A stretch of 64,000 bases of DNA from Macrostomum lignano (Eukaryota), in NCBI GenBank assembly GCA_002269645.1, contig NIVC01000232.1, positions 67,173 through 131,172 of the forward strand, given 5' to 3'. The position numbers and the translations under genes were made by a program. Under the pieces are notes generated by a model. It saw only the letters and a list, made by a program, of their open reading frames with translations, was not told the origin of the DNA and ran no database searches. Below are positions 12,912-25,127 of the stretch, piece after piece. The first letter of the stretch is position 1; each line of letters opens with the position of its first letter.

Positions 12912-14427
12912 TTAAGTACTTTTATACTACTTACTTAAATACGCCACAATGTTGTTTTTTATCTACAAAAGGATCTTTATCTCTATAACAATCAAAAATG
13001 GAAGCAAAAGTACGTTTAGCGCACATTTTGCCTTAAAATTTCAACCCAGAAGCTTAAAAATCTGTATTTTTCTGATCCCGGGATTGAATCCCGGGATTGG
13101 CCAAATTCCAGGATTAAACCTCGGGATCCCGGGATCGCAAAAAAACGGGATTTCGCAATCCCTAATTAAAAATGCATGCAGTTAGCGCTACATAAAAGAA
13201 ACGGCCCTCCTTAAGCCTTAGGGGCATTAAATTTTTTTTTAAAAACGTTGACATCGATTTGTTTGCCTTCGATTTTGCAGGCTCAATCAATAAAATTTGG
13301 CCTCGAATTTTCCGTAGTCTATGGTAAATTCTGGGGCTTACGCCACTTGACACCTACATGTACAGCAGCATAACAAATGTGTATATTTTTAGCACGTAAG
13401 TTTACAGATCGAGAGTATTCGATAACGGTGCGGAATATTCTCATATTGTACAACATCCAAATGGCAGCAGTTTTACACCTTGAAACAGTTAAAGAACTGT
13501 TTATTCCCGGTTCAAAAGAAACTCAATATTTTTGTGAATTAACAAATCTCGTACGAGACGTGTTTCAGTTTTAACATATAGCTCCTCAGTTGAGAGACCA
13601 TATTTCATACGACAAACTTATCATAGATATTTAATGTTAGACCCACCCACTTGCCTGCACTAAAACAGCCACGCAGACCATGCGTGCCCTCTCTGTGTTA
13701 ATATATCTAACTAGCTAACGACGAGTACGCAAAAAAGCAGATAGATGGGTGGGGCGGAAAAATATCACGCCACCACCCCAACACTGCCCCCGAGCACAAT
13801 GCCGAGCGTTATAAATACAAAATGCAACTGAAAGAGCCCAGGCTCTCCACTGTCAAGTTTAGTAGAGTTTGAGCTCAAACCTAAGAAAGGACTTGTCTCA
13901 GTTCTTCGAAGCTTCTGTCTGTCGTGGCAGAGGGGTAGCAGGCGTGTAAGGTAGTTGGCGTGAGAGGCCTTCAGAGACTACCGATAAACGACCTGTTACA
14001 TTGTTGTTTCACAGTAGTACAATATGCTTATGATTATTCTAAATCTTATCTTACAAATTAAAACTTCAACATTGAACACTTCGCTACCGCAACAATAAAG
14101 AAAAAAGTAACAATAAAAGTGAAGCACCATCTCCCTGTTGCTTGCACACACGCAGTTGAGTGTCGCCGTTAGTTATTAAATTAGAGACACTTGGCCGGTC
14201 TGTGTGTACTGTCGGTGTATTAAAATTAATTGAGAGAAAAAAGGACAACAAGGAAAGCGAAAGACAGCTCGGCAAACCCCTGCAGGAGAAGGCGGATAGC
14301 GAAGCTTGTGGATTGACGCAGAAAGTGCATGGAATCTGATTTAAATCTCCGACAGGTTGGGAATGTAAAATAAAAAGTTTGGTCTTTTTAAAACCCCAGC
14401 GCAGATTTACAAGCTTTTTGGTCGCAT

Positions 14428-15657
14428 TTATTCTTGACTATCGTCATAGTTGGGCACGTGAGCTGTCCCGGTAGTGGCACGAACTCCGCTCAACATCTCC
14501 TGACGGTAGAACTCGTACAGTTCGTCGATCAGGTCCTTAGTGACGATGTGCAGTTTGCGAGCCTCCAAGTCGCGGAGCTCCTTGCGCACTTCCACTTTCG
14601 GTGCGTCAACTTCTACCACCTTGCAGTCGTCACTGCCGGCAGTCTTGTGGAAATGGTTGATTCGCTCCGAAGTTTTGCTCCGGACTTCGAACAGCTCGGG
14701 CAGCATCAAGGCGGTCTGCTCGGCGCCTCGGCTCACGATGAGGTACTTGTAGTCCGGGAAGAGGCTCTCCACGATCGTGTCCTCGTCCGTGTCCCGGTGG
14801 AACAGGACGCACTCGCCAGAGCGGACGCTGGAAACGAAGTCGCGGACGCCTAAATTGACGGTGGCGTTGGACTCGAGCACTCGACGGAACTGCAGCCAGA
14901 CTACGTGATCCGCTTCAACCTGCAGCGAAGGCGCGCTGGCAGATAGGGCGATGCAATCTGCGGCAGCCTGACTGTACAGCTGTCGCAGAGCTCGCTGAGC
15001 CTCCGGCATGCGGCTCAGGATGGTTGAGCATCGCTGCAGAGCCTCGACAGGCGAAGCTTCGTTGGCCTCCTCGATAGCCTCGCGGCGATCGCCAAGTCCG
15101 ATGGACGACTGGTCGGTGGAAGCGCCGCTGGGCTCGATTTTTTCCGTCAGCAGGAGGTTCAGAAAGTTCGACGCGCCGCCGGCGCTGTTCACCAGACGTC
15201 GGAGGCTGTCAGCGAACCGACGACGGGCGAGCTGCTCCGACTTGGACTCCAGCGGAGACAAAGCAAGCGGCTGTTGCTGGTCAACTTCAGTGCGCGTGGA
15301 AGACTCCATGCTGGCTGGGCTTGCTGAGCTGTTCTCTGATTGTTTGCTAGCTGCGTTTGCTGCTTTGCTGGGCCAATTTCTTGTTGCAACTCGGGATGCT
15401 TTTGCTCTGCTCGAGCCGTTGGTGCCTTCCTCTGTACGGTCTTTCGCTCTCGCCTGAGGCGTTGCTTTCGACCAGAGACTGTGATTGATTAGGGGCTGGC
15501 TTGACCATAGACTGCTGGTGAAGGCTTCGCTGTTGCCTTCATTTACTGCTTTCGGTGCAGACTGTTGCTGCCGCGCAGACGATGCACTTTCTACGTGATT
15601 GGTAAAGCATAACTGACTGCTGAGTATGGGACCAATAGGAAAGTACTTATCTGTCAT
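14428..15657 (-). CDS. Uncharacterised 409-codon ORF or large exon; Ser/Ala/Gln-rich N-terminus and globular C-terminal domain with weak PIN/NYN-like motifs
   Basis: 1230-bp non-repetitive open frame with GC-rich, coding-like composition in AT-rich surroundings. The C-terminal ~160 aa alternate strand-like and helix-like segments (CVLFHRD, YKYLIVS, SDDCKVVEV, LHIVTKDL). Upstream splice signals (minus-strand GTAAGT near 15737, acceptor near 15622) mean the true start may lie in upstream exons. Confidence 0.7.
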   Translation of the reverse strand: MTDKYFPIGPILSSQLCFTNHVESASSARQQQSAPKAVNEGNSEAFTSSLWSSQPLINHSLWSKATPQARAKDRTEEGTNGSSRAKASRVATRNWPSKAANAASKQSENSSASPASMESSTRTEVDQQQPLALSPLESKSEQLARRRFADSLRRLVNSAGGASNFLNLLLTEKIEPSGASTDQSSIGLGDRREAIEEANEASPVEALQRCSTILSRMPEAQRALRQLYSQAAADCIALSASAPSLQVEADHVVWLQFRRVLESNATVNLGVRDFVSSVRSGECVLFHRDTDEDTIVESLFPDYKYLIVSRGAEQTALMLPELFEVRSKTSERINHFHKTAGSDDCKVVEVDAPKVEVRKELRDLEARKLHIVTKDLIDELYEFYRQEMLSGVRATTGTAHVPNYDDSQE

Positions 15658-16087
15658 TCAGAGAAAATTTACTACACTAGCACGTGACGATTCACTTTGT
15701 CTCTGCTGGGTTTGATTAGGAGAGATTTAAAACTTACTTCTGCTCGATGCTTTTGATATTTGAGACCACTTTGTATGTGCGGCTTCTTACTGATAGAAAT
15801 CGCACGGTTTTTTCAAAAAGGTTAGAGGTGTACATCAAAGATGTGCAGCTGTATCCGATTCAGTGGGCGTGCAATGTACACAGCATCTATTGACAAAAGC
15901 ATAGTCACTGAAATGATGTACAAAGATGACGTAATGAATGTGCAAAACAATCACTCCGGCCGCAGTAAATCTTGTTGATCGGCTGACTGTTTTTTTATGT
16001 TTTGGGTTGTCAATTACTCTACTATAAGTAGCAATGACTGAATCTGAAATTTTTCACTCCTTAGTTCCTATACATCTGTTTATCGCT

Positions 16088-16440
<353 letters not shown>

Positions 16441-17084
16441 CGAAAGAAACAATCAACATTGTACTATATATACAACTGATCAGTTTTTTTTATCTTATTT
16501 CAGTTTACTTTATTTTTTGCACATCGTCCACTATGGACATCGTCGGGACTATGGTTCAATTTATCTATTAAAATCAATTCAATTTCAAAGAAGGTACCCA
16601 GAATGAATTTTAATGGCTGAATTCCTGGGCTTTAGAATTTTGTTCCCCTGTTTAAGCCATGTTTATAAAGTCTGTTATATTTTGGTTCAACTCAATTTCT
16701 TCTTGTGAATTTTCCTTTCACAGTTGTATTCGTCTGATGTCAGGACAACTTTATGAGTAGCTTGTATGGGATGCGTCCCTGCCACTGCTATCTAGGGCAA
16801 AGAACTTCAAAACAGCCCAAGACAGCCTGGGATGTCTCTCTCAGTCTCTCTGATGCGTACGAGGTGTACGAAATAAAAAACTCGGACAGCGAAAAATCCC
16901 ATAGTAGCTAAGGAGGCATGGACTGTCCCGACTCAATTCTAATTTGCTGCTAGATAATTCATGTAGCTGGTTATTCGCAAGAAGTTTTGCAGGTTTTGTG
17001 AGTCAGTGTGACGAGAAACTCAAAGCCAACTATAGCAGTAATAAACTATAGTATGCATGCAATAATCCTCGTTGGGGAGGGTCA

Positions 17085-17270
17085 CTTGTGCCATGAGTCA
17101 CTTGTGCCTCTGCTCTCACCGATCACCAACCATGAGTCCTTGTGCACCTCACCGATCACCAACCATAGTCACTTGTGCACCTCACCGATCACCAACCATG
17201 AGTCACTTGTGCACCTCACCGATCACCAACCATTATTCACTTGTGCCTCTCACCGATCACCAACCATGAG
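17085..17270. repeat. Short minisatellite, ~34-bp unit TCACTTGTGCACCTCACCGATCACCAACCATGAG, about 5 copies
   Basis: Directly visible tandem repeat. Confidence 0.85.
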
Positions 17271-17973
17271 TCTTTGTAAATTGGACACGAAAGAAGCATC
17301 ATGTGTACAGGAGTTTCAGAGGGTGTGTGTCATGGGTGCATGCAGGTAATTATAATTTAAAACTTATTTAAGTATTTATGAGCACCAATTGTTTGTAAAA
17401 ACAAAACTACGTTTTGAATTGCGTCACGACTGATATCAATATTTTGCAGAAAAGGAAATATATAATACTTGGACTTTGTTTTAATTGAAAAACCTATGGA
17501 ATCGAATTTTTACCAAAAGAGTGAAACAGAATTCGTTTTCTTTTTATCAAAATGCTAATTGAAGCGTTTGTGAATGCGCTGAGCATTTTTAAGGAAAGAT
17601 TAATTAAAAAACTTTTAAAATTTTTTTTTAAATTTGAAGACATCCCAGAAATAAATTTCTCATTCTTCGAAAAATAGTACGCTCGTGTATTGAGTTTTGA
17701 GGAATTTTTCAAGAAATTGTCTGCCTCTGAATAACCAGCAAGCATTATATTTGTTTATAACTTTAAGTTTCTTGACGTGAATTAAGCATACGTGTCTTGA
17801 GGAGTTAAGTGAGCGTTTGCTTTTGAAGAACCCGGTACCTTTGAAACTGCTCATTTCAGGACATTATTTTACCGATATCGCACCATCGGCATGTAGATCC
17901 TCGTCACTTTATCTCCTCACAACACAGGTCCAAAACTTTTTGCAAACTTGCATCGAACTACCATCACCTTGTG

Positions 17974-18258
17974 ATGTCAAACCGAAGCTCGCTGATGCAG
18001 CTCGGGCTTCTCGCGCTGCTCCTTTGTTCAACTGCCATTGTGCAAGCCGAATCTGAAATCGGTAGGTTTGCAATCACGTGCGTTAATATGCCGATCTGAT
18101 AGGCCTTAGAGTGCTCTCTTATAAGAGAGATTTCCACTTGAAATCGCTGATTTCCACTTGCAGATGATGACGACGTTGAAGATCCGTTGAGCAGAGCTGG
18201 CGACGACTCAACGGAGGAACCTCTTATGCCGAGTTCAACCTTTCATGAAGCCCGATAG
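17974..18258 (+). CDS. Predicted 60-aa secreted acidic peptide; join(17974..18061,18164..18258)
   Basis: MSNRSSLMQLGLLALLLCSTAIVQA-ESEI|DDDDVEDPLSRAGDDSTEEPLMPSSTFHEAR*. Classic signal peptide with a hydrophobic core and a V-x-A cleavage site. The GTAGGT...TTGCAG intron (18062-18163) joins phase 1 to phase 1. There is a putative 51-nt 5'-UTR intron at 17809-17859 (GTGAGC...TTTCAG). Confidence 0.65.
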
Positions 18259-19124
18259 CACATCAGTAGGGGCTGTTTTAGTCGGCACACACAATGAAAA
18301 TTACCCATAAAGTTTTCCAGCTTTACTTAACTTGAAATTCATACGGACAGCATTGGTTTTCGACAAGTTTTACCGAAAATATGTATGAGATATACATGTG
18401 ACAGATACTACTAAAATTTAGTCACATTTTAAGGCTAATTATTGCATAGTAAGTGAAACTACGATGTACTTAATTTGAGGCTGGGTTTTGTTCCTATGAT
18501 TTGTAGAATTGTTTTGTTAAGTTTTGCTTTTTTTGTTTTTTTCTTCTTAGACTTTGTTAAAATGGTAGACCAGAAAAATATAGTCACATTTTTTTTCAAA
18601 ACAGAAAAAGGTTTTAGGCAAGTGTGAAAGGTGGTAAAAAGAACTGTAATGTCACTGTTTAGAGCCATCTCCGAATAATAGTTGTCATTATTCTATCAGA
18701 ACAAATTTACGCCTCACATATAAAGCCTTTCTAAGGAGTCTATTGGCTCAAAACTACTTCAAGTAGAGTAAGTTGTATAATTAGTTAGTTATATAATTTT
18801 TCCTAAAAACATGTTTTTTTGCAAGCGTCAAGCAGACTTTTCGACTTGAAATGCATTGTAAGAATGCTAGAGAAAAAAACTGAGGTTATTGAACCCGGTT
18901 CGCAACTGACTGGTTAGGGATAATATTCCCATCCGCTCCGATGCAACCCTGTCGCCTCAACCTGAAGAGACGTGCTTAACCGAAGCCAATCTACCTGACT
19001 CTGGCGAGGACCTCGCTGACATCGAGCAGCGCGATGCAATTCCCTCGTTGAGATCCTGATCGATCGAGAACACCGCCACACGCGCTAACGCTCCTGAAAT
19101 TGAATTATAGAAAGAAAATGCTCT

Positions 19125-19550
19125 TTCTCATGGTGCAGTTATGAGCTCATTCGCATGAAGAAAAACACCCGCCGGCTGTAACGCCTTGCGAACGGCTCGA
19201 ACGCCCTAGAGGACTCGGAGAACTGGGCGTACAAAAGTAGCATCCGAAGGGCTAAGAAGACCATCTGGAAGGCCTACTGCACAAACCTTGAGGGGCAGCA
19301 CCCCACGACTAGGCTGGTCAGGTCCCTCAGGCACGACACGCTCTCTCGGTTCTGCATCCGGATGGTAACTACACTGCCAGCGCCGAAGACTCGCTAAATC
19401 TACTATTCTCCAGCTGTTTTCCGCAGGTAGATGACCCAGAGTACGTGGTCGAAGACCACAGACCCAGCGATCGCCCACTTTTTCAGCAGTGCGCCCAAGG
19501 ACCACTAGAAGTCACCGTTACCGTTGCTCAGCACCTGCTTCAGGCGAACA
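19125..19550 (+). mobile_element. Degenerate non-LTR retrotransposon (LINE, LOA/R1-like) fragment, linker between endonuclease and RT
   Basis: Translates as SWCSYELIRMKKNTRRL*RLANG...[35 protein letters not shown], then after a frameshift [23 protein letters not shown]. This matches the PWW..EL..LR...RR, YK..IR.AK..SW..FC and DG.YT.S.EE.L.LL...FP motifs of LOA/R1 LINE ORF2. It carries a stop and a frameshift. Confidence 0.7.
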
Positions 19551-19585
19551 TCAGGAATTTCAATATTCATTTTTATGAAATGAAA

Positions 19586-19994
<409 letters not shown>

Positions 19995-20674
19995 ACGCAT
20001 TCATGCATATTCTGTCACAACTACCAGATCTATCCTCACTGCACTCCTGTTCTGACTGACCAGTCCGATATAGCAGTTGTATTTTGTCTCTCCCCTATCC
20101 AACTCTTCAAAGCCAACTTCCTAGCAATTCAGTGTTTCCCATGGCAGGCCGCAGCAGTGAGCTGGCGGGCAAGTCAAGTGTCATGAGAAGTCAGGGCGCA
20201 GGGTGGCCAGGCGACCCCACCTCCCGCAGCCACCCTCAGCCGTGCAGTGGGAATAAAGCCCATTCCGTCAGTACTTCAGCCCCCAGCTATGCACAAACTA
20301 TCAAATTGCTAAGCTAGATGCAGACCCTCATGCCCCATGAAGTTTATATCCTTCGTAAAACTTTTTCGCGCAGTGGGAAAATAGTAATAATCATAATATG
20401 GTCCAACTTCTCCCCTATACCCGCTCCCCTCTCTCTCTGAGTCTCTGCTATTGTTCGCAAGCGTACGCGAGGCAAGGGGGGTTTCTTCAAATTTAATTTC
20501 AGCTGGCTTCAATAAGCGCTCAGTAAGGCGCATTGGATCGCATGGAAAGGGATGCAGTATTGGAGTCTGGCGTTATTTTTGTATTCGAATTGTTCAAATC
20601 AGTCTGACATTGTGTTGAGTAGCCGCGAAAATGAGAAAATTAATTGGCACTAAATTGATTTGGATGAAGACAAT

Positions 20675-21780
20675 ATGGCGCTTAAATAGAGATCTAAATG
20701 GCGCTTAAATAGAGATCTAAATGGCGCTAAAATAGAGATCTAAATAGCGCTTGAATATAGATCTAAATGGCGCTAAAATAGAGATCTAAATGGCGCTTAA
20801 ATAGAGATCTAAATAGCGCTAAAATAGAGATCTAAATGGCGCTAAAATAGAGATCTAAATAGCACTTGAATATAGATCTAAATGGCGCTAAAATAGAGAT
20901 CTAAATAGCGCTAAAATAGAGATCTAAATGGCGCTAAAATACAGATCTAAATAGCGCTAAAATACAGATCTAAATAGCGCCAAAATACAGATCTAAATGG
21001 CGCTAAAATAGAGATCTAAATAGCGCTAAAATACAGATCTAAATAGCGCCAAAATACTGATCTAAATGGCGCTAAAATACAGATCTAAATAGCGCCAAAA
21101 TAGAGATCTAAATGGCGCTAAAATAGAGATCTAAATGGCGCTAAAATAGAGATCTAAATGGCGCTAAAATGCAGATCTAAATGGCGCTTAAATATAAACC
21201 TAAATGGCGATAAATACAGATCTAAATGGCGACAAAATAGAGATCTAAATGGCGCTAAAATAGAGATCTAAATGGCGCTAAAATAGAGATCTAAATGGCG
21301 CTTAAATACAGATCTAAATAGCGCCAAAATAGAGATCTAAATGGCGCTAAAATAGAGATCTAAATGGCGCTTAAATAGAGATCTAGATGGCGCTAAAATG
21401 CAGATCTAAATGGCGCTAAAATAGAGATCTAAATAGCGCTAAAATAGCGATCTAAATGGCGCCAAAATACAGATCTAAATGGCGACAAAATAGAGATCTA
21501 AATAGCGCTAAAATAGAGATCTAAATGGCGCTTAAATAGAGATCTAAATGGCGCTAAAATAGAGATCTAAATGGTGCTAAAATATAGATCTAAATGGCGC
21601 TAAAATATACATTTAAATGGTGCTAAAAAGAGATCATAATAACGCTAAAATAGAGATCTAAATAGCGGTAAAATTGAGATCTAAATGGCGCTTAAAGCAT
21701 AAAATACGAAGCTTAATCGCGCCAAAATATGAAGCTTAATAGCGCCAAAATATGAAGCTAAAAGGCGCCAAAACATAACA
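20675..21780. repeat. Minisatellite, ~22-bp unit AAATGGCGCTAAAATAGAGATCT, with degenerate tail
   Basis: Directly visible tandem repeat. Confidence 0.95.
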
Positions 21781-22271
21781 CACTACAATGGCACTAAAAT
21801 GGAGAGTTGAATTACCATTAATGTCTATCTTCAAAACAATCATATCATTTATAGAAATTGCAGGACAAATCGCTGGTACATGTCACCATGGCATCAGTCT
21901 CATTCCCAGAGGGACTTTCCCAATCCAGATTTGTCATATTAGACATCCATGGTCAATAAATTTATATGAATTGCAGCCACTGAGGGACTGACCCCCCAGT
22001 CTTCCCCTTTCGCAGAAATTTTTATAATCTCTCTGAATTTCGTTCCACCAGACCTCAGGGACAGATCGCCTCAGCCAATGAGGCGGCAGGTTCGCTTACA
22101 GAATAAAAACTCATTAACTAGGATTATGAAGCTTTGTGCTCAGACTGGGTTACAGACGGTTTCTTGGAACTGAATTAGCGAGTTGAAGAAATGATTTGAC
22201 ATTTATGCACCAATTTATCGCTTCAGGAGATTTCAATTTGGCTCTGAAAGAGGTAAAAGGTAAGCAAAGCC

Positions 22272-23885
22272 ATTGGCGCCATCTGGTTCTGATATTGGCG
22301 CCATCTGATTCTGATATTGGCGCCATCTGGTTCTGATATTGGCGCCATTTGATTCTGATATTGGCGCCATCTGGTTCTGATATTGGCGCCATTTGATTCT
22401 GATATTGGCGCCATCTGGTTCTGATATTGGCGCCATTTGATTCTGATATTGGCGCCATCTGGTTCTGATATTGGCGCCATCTGGTTCTGATATTGGCGTC
22501 ATTTGGTTCTGATATTGGCGCCATTTGATTCTGATATTGGCACCATCTGATTCTGATATTGGCGCCATCTGATTCTGATATTGGCGCCATTTGATTCTGA
22601 TATTGGCGTCATTTGGTTCTGATATTGGCGCCATTTGGTTCTGATATTGGTGCCATCTGGTTCTGATATTGGCGTCATTTGGTTCTGATATTGGCACCAT
22701 CTGATTCTGATATTAGTTGGCGCCTTCTGATATTGGCGCCATTTGATTCTGATATTGGCGCCATCTGGTTCTGATATTGGCGCCATTTGATTCTGATATT
22801 GGCGCCATCTGGTTCTGATATTGGCGCCATCTGGTTCTGATATTGGCGTCATTTGGTTCTGATATTGGCGCCATTTGATTCTGATATTGGCACCATCTGA
22901 TTCTGATATTGGCGCCATCTGATTCTGATATTGGCGCCATCTGATTCTGATATTGGCGCCATCTGATTCTGATATTGGCGCCATTTGGTTCTGATATTGG
23001 CACCATCTGATTCTGATATTGGCGCCATTTGGTTCTGATATTGGCGCCATCTAATTCTGATATTGGCGCCATTTGGTTCTGATATTGGCACCATCTGATT
23101 CTGATATTGGCGCCATCTGATTCTGATATTGGCGCCATTTGATTCTGATATTGGCGCCATTTGATTCTGATATTGGCGCCATTTGATTCTGATATTGGCG
23201 CCATCTGATTCTGATATTGGCGCCATTTGATTCTGATATTGGCGCCATTTGGTTCTGATATTGGCACCATCTGATTCTGATATTGGCGCCATCTGGTTCT
23301 GATATTGGCGCCATTTGATTCTGATATTGGCGCCATTTGATTCTGATATTGGTGCCATTTGATTCTGATATTGGCGCCATCTGGTTCTGATATTGGCGCC
23401 ATTTGATTCTGATATTGGCGCCATCTGATTCTGATATTGGCGCCATTTGGTTCTGATATTGGCGCCATTTGGTTCTGATATTGGCGCCATCTGATTCTGA
23501 TATTAGTTGGCGCCTTCTGATATTGGCGCCATTTGATTCTGATATTGGCGCCATCTGGTTCTGATATTGGCGCCATTTGATTCTGATATTGGCGCCATTT
23601 GGTTCTGATATTGGCGCCATCTGGTTCTGATATTGGCGTCATTTGGTTCTGATATTGGCGCCATTTGATTCTGATATTGGCGCCATCTGGTTCTGATATT
23701 GGCGTCATTTGGTTCTGATATTGGCGCCATTTGGTTCTGATATTGGTGCCATCTGGTTCTGATATTGGCGCCATTTGGTTCTGATATTGGCGCCAACTGG
23801 TTCTGATATTGGCGCCATCTGGTTCTGATATTGGCGCCATCTGATTCTGATATTGGCGCCATCTGATTCTGATATTGGCGCCATT
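22272..23885. repeat. Minisatellite, 22-bp unit GGCGCCAT(C/T)TG(G/A)TTCTGATATT
   Basis: Directly visible. The repeat translates with a 22-aa period (66 nt = 3 units). Confidence 0.97.
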
Positions 23886-23969
23886 GATTCTCAATGTCTT
23901 GAATCCCATCTCGGTGCCTTAAATTTCATCCCAATGTGTCAAATCTATTATAAGTACTCACAATTCAAT

Positions 23970-24640
23970 CCCAGTGCCTCAAATCCAATCTCAGTGCCTC
24001 AAATCCCATCTCATTGCCTCAAAATCCCATCTCAGTGCCTCAAATCCCATCTCAGTGCCTTAAATCCCATCTCAGTGCCTCAAATCCCATCTCAGTGCCT
24101 CAAATCCCATCTCAGTGCCTTAAATCCCATCTCAGTGCCGCAAATCCCATCCCAGTGCCGCAAATCTCATCTCAGTGCCTCGAATCCAATCTCAGTGCCT
24201 CAAATCCCATCTCAGTGCCTCAAATCCCATCTCAGTGCCTCAAATCCCATCTCAGTGCCTCAAATCCCATCTCAGTGCCTCAAATCCCATCTCAGTGCCG
24301 CAAATCCCATCCCAGTGCCGCAAATCTCATCTCAGTGCCTCGAATCCAATCTCAGTGCCTCAAATCCCATCTCAGTGCCTCAAATCCCATCTCAGTGCCT
24401 CAAATCCAATCTCAGTGCCTCAAATCCCACCTCAGTGCCTCAAATCCCATCCCAGTGCCTCAAATCCCATCTCAGTGCCTCAAATCCCATCTCAGTGCCG
24501 CAAATCCCATCTCAGTGCCTCAAATCCCATCCCAGTGCCTCAAAATCTCGTCTCAGTGCCTCAAATCCCATCTCAGTGCCTCAAATCCCATCTCAGTGCC
24601 TCAAATCCCATCTCAGTGCCTCAAGTCCCATTTCATCGCA
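23970..24640. repeat. Minisatellite, 20-bp unit AAATCCCATCTCAGTGCCTC
   Basis: Directly visible tandem repeat. Confidence 0.96.
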
Positions 24641-25127
24641 TCAAAATCTCATCCTCGGCGTACAAGATAACAATTCAGCTTCTCAATTATGTACTCTTCG
24701 TTTTTGTCTTAGAAAAAAATTCCTCTATTTCCCTATCACAAGCTGGCAAAAGTGATTAGATCAGATTAATCGATAATTTTATAATAATCCCATTCAATTA
24801 TCTTATACCTGTAGTTCATCCATAGTTTAGTATTAGTTTAATTGAGCACCGAGCTTTAACAAAAGAAAATTTGTTGTCGAGATAGAGTTTGGGGTTGTAA
24901 GCGACTTTAAAAAAGAGCTCCCCAGGAATCGAAGCAACCTGAGAATTTGGTCATCCTGAGGGAGTGCATGCTATTCCGTTGAAGAAGTGAAGATGCGCAT
25001 TAGCTTAGCTTTGCTCATATTACACAGCTGTAGTGTATGTGAAAATCCTGCTTTTATTTCAATAATTAATGAGTCTGAATATCAGACAGATTCTGAAAGA
25101 CAGATTCTGCTCTCAAAACGATTAGCA

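Larger units (their letters stand above)
9454..13164. mobile_element. hAT-like non-autonomous DNA transposon with nested Helitron fragment and CT-rich tract
   Basis: TIRs TAGGGATTGC (9454-9463) and GCAATCCCTA (13155-13164). Clusters of palindromic ATCCCGGGAT subterminal motifs at both ends (9466-9500, 9720, 13075-13150). Flanks ATAGAAAA and ATTAAAAA match 6/8, consistent with a decayed 8-bp TSD. Confidence 0.65.

Noticed and set aside
14434-15457. Plus-strand ORFs overlapping the 409-aa ORF, and similar shadow ORFs over the Rbfox, TTC16-like and THAP coding regions
   Set aside because: Antisense or alternate-frame shadows of GC-rich coding sequence.
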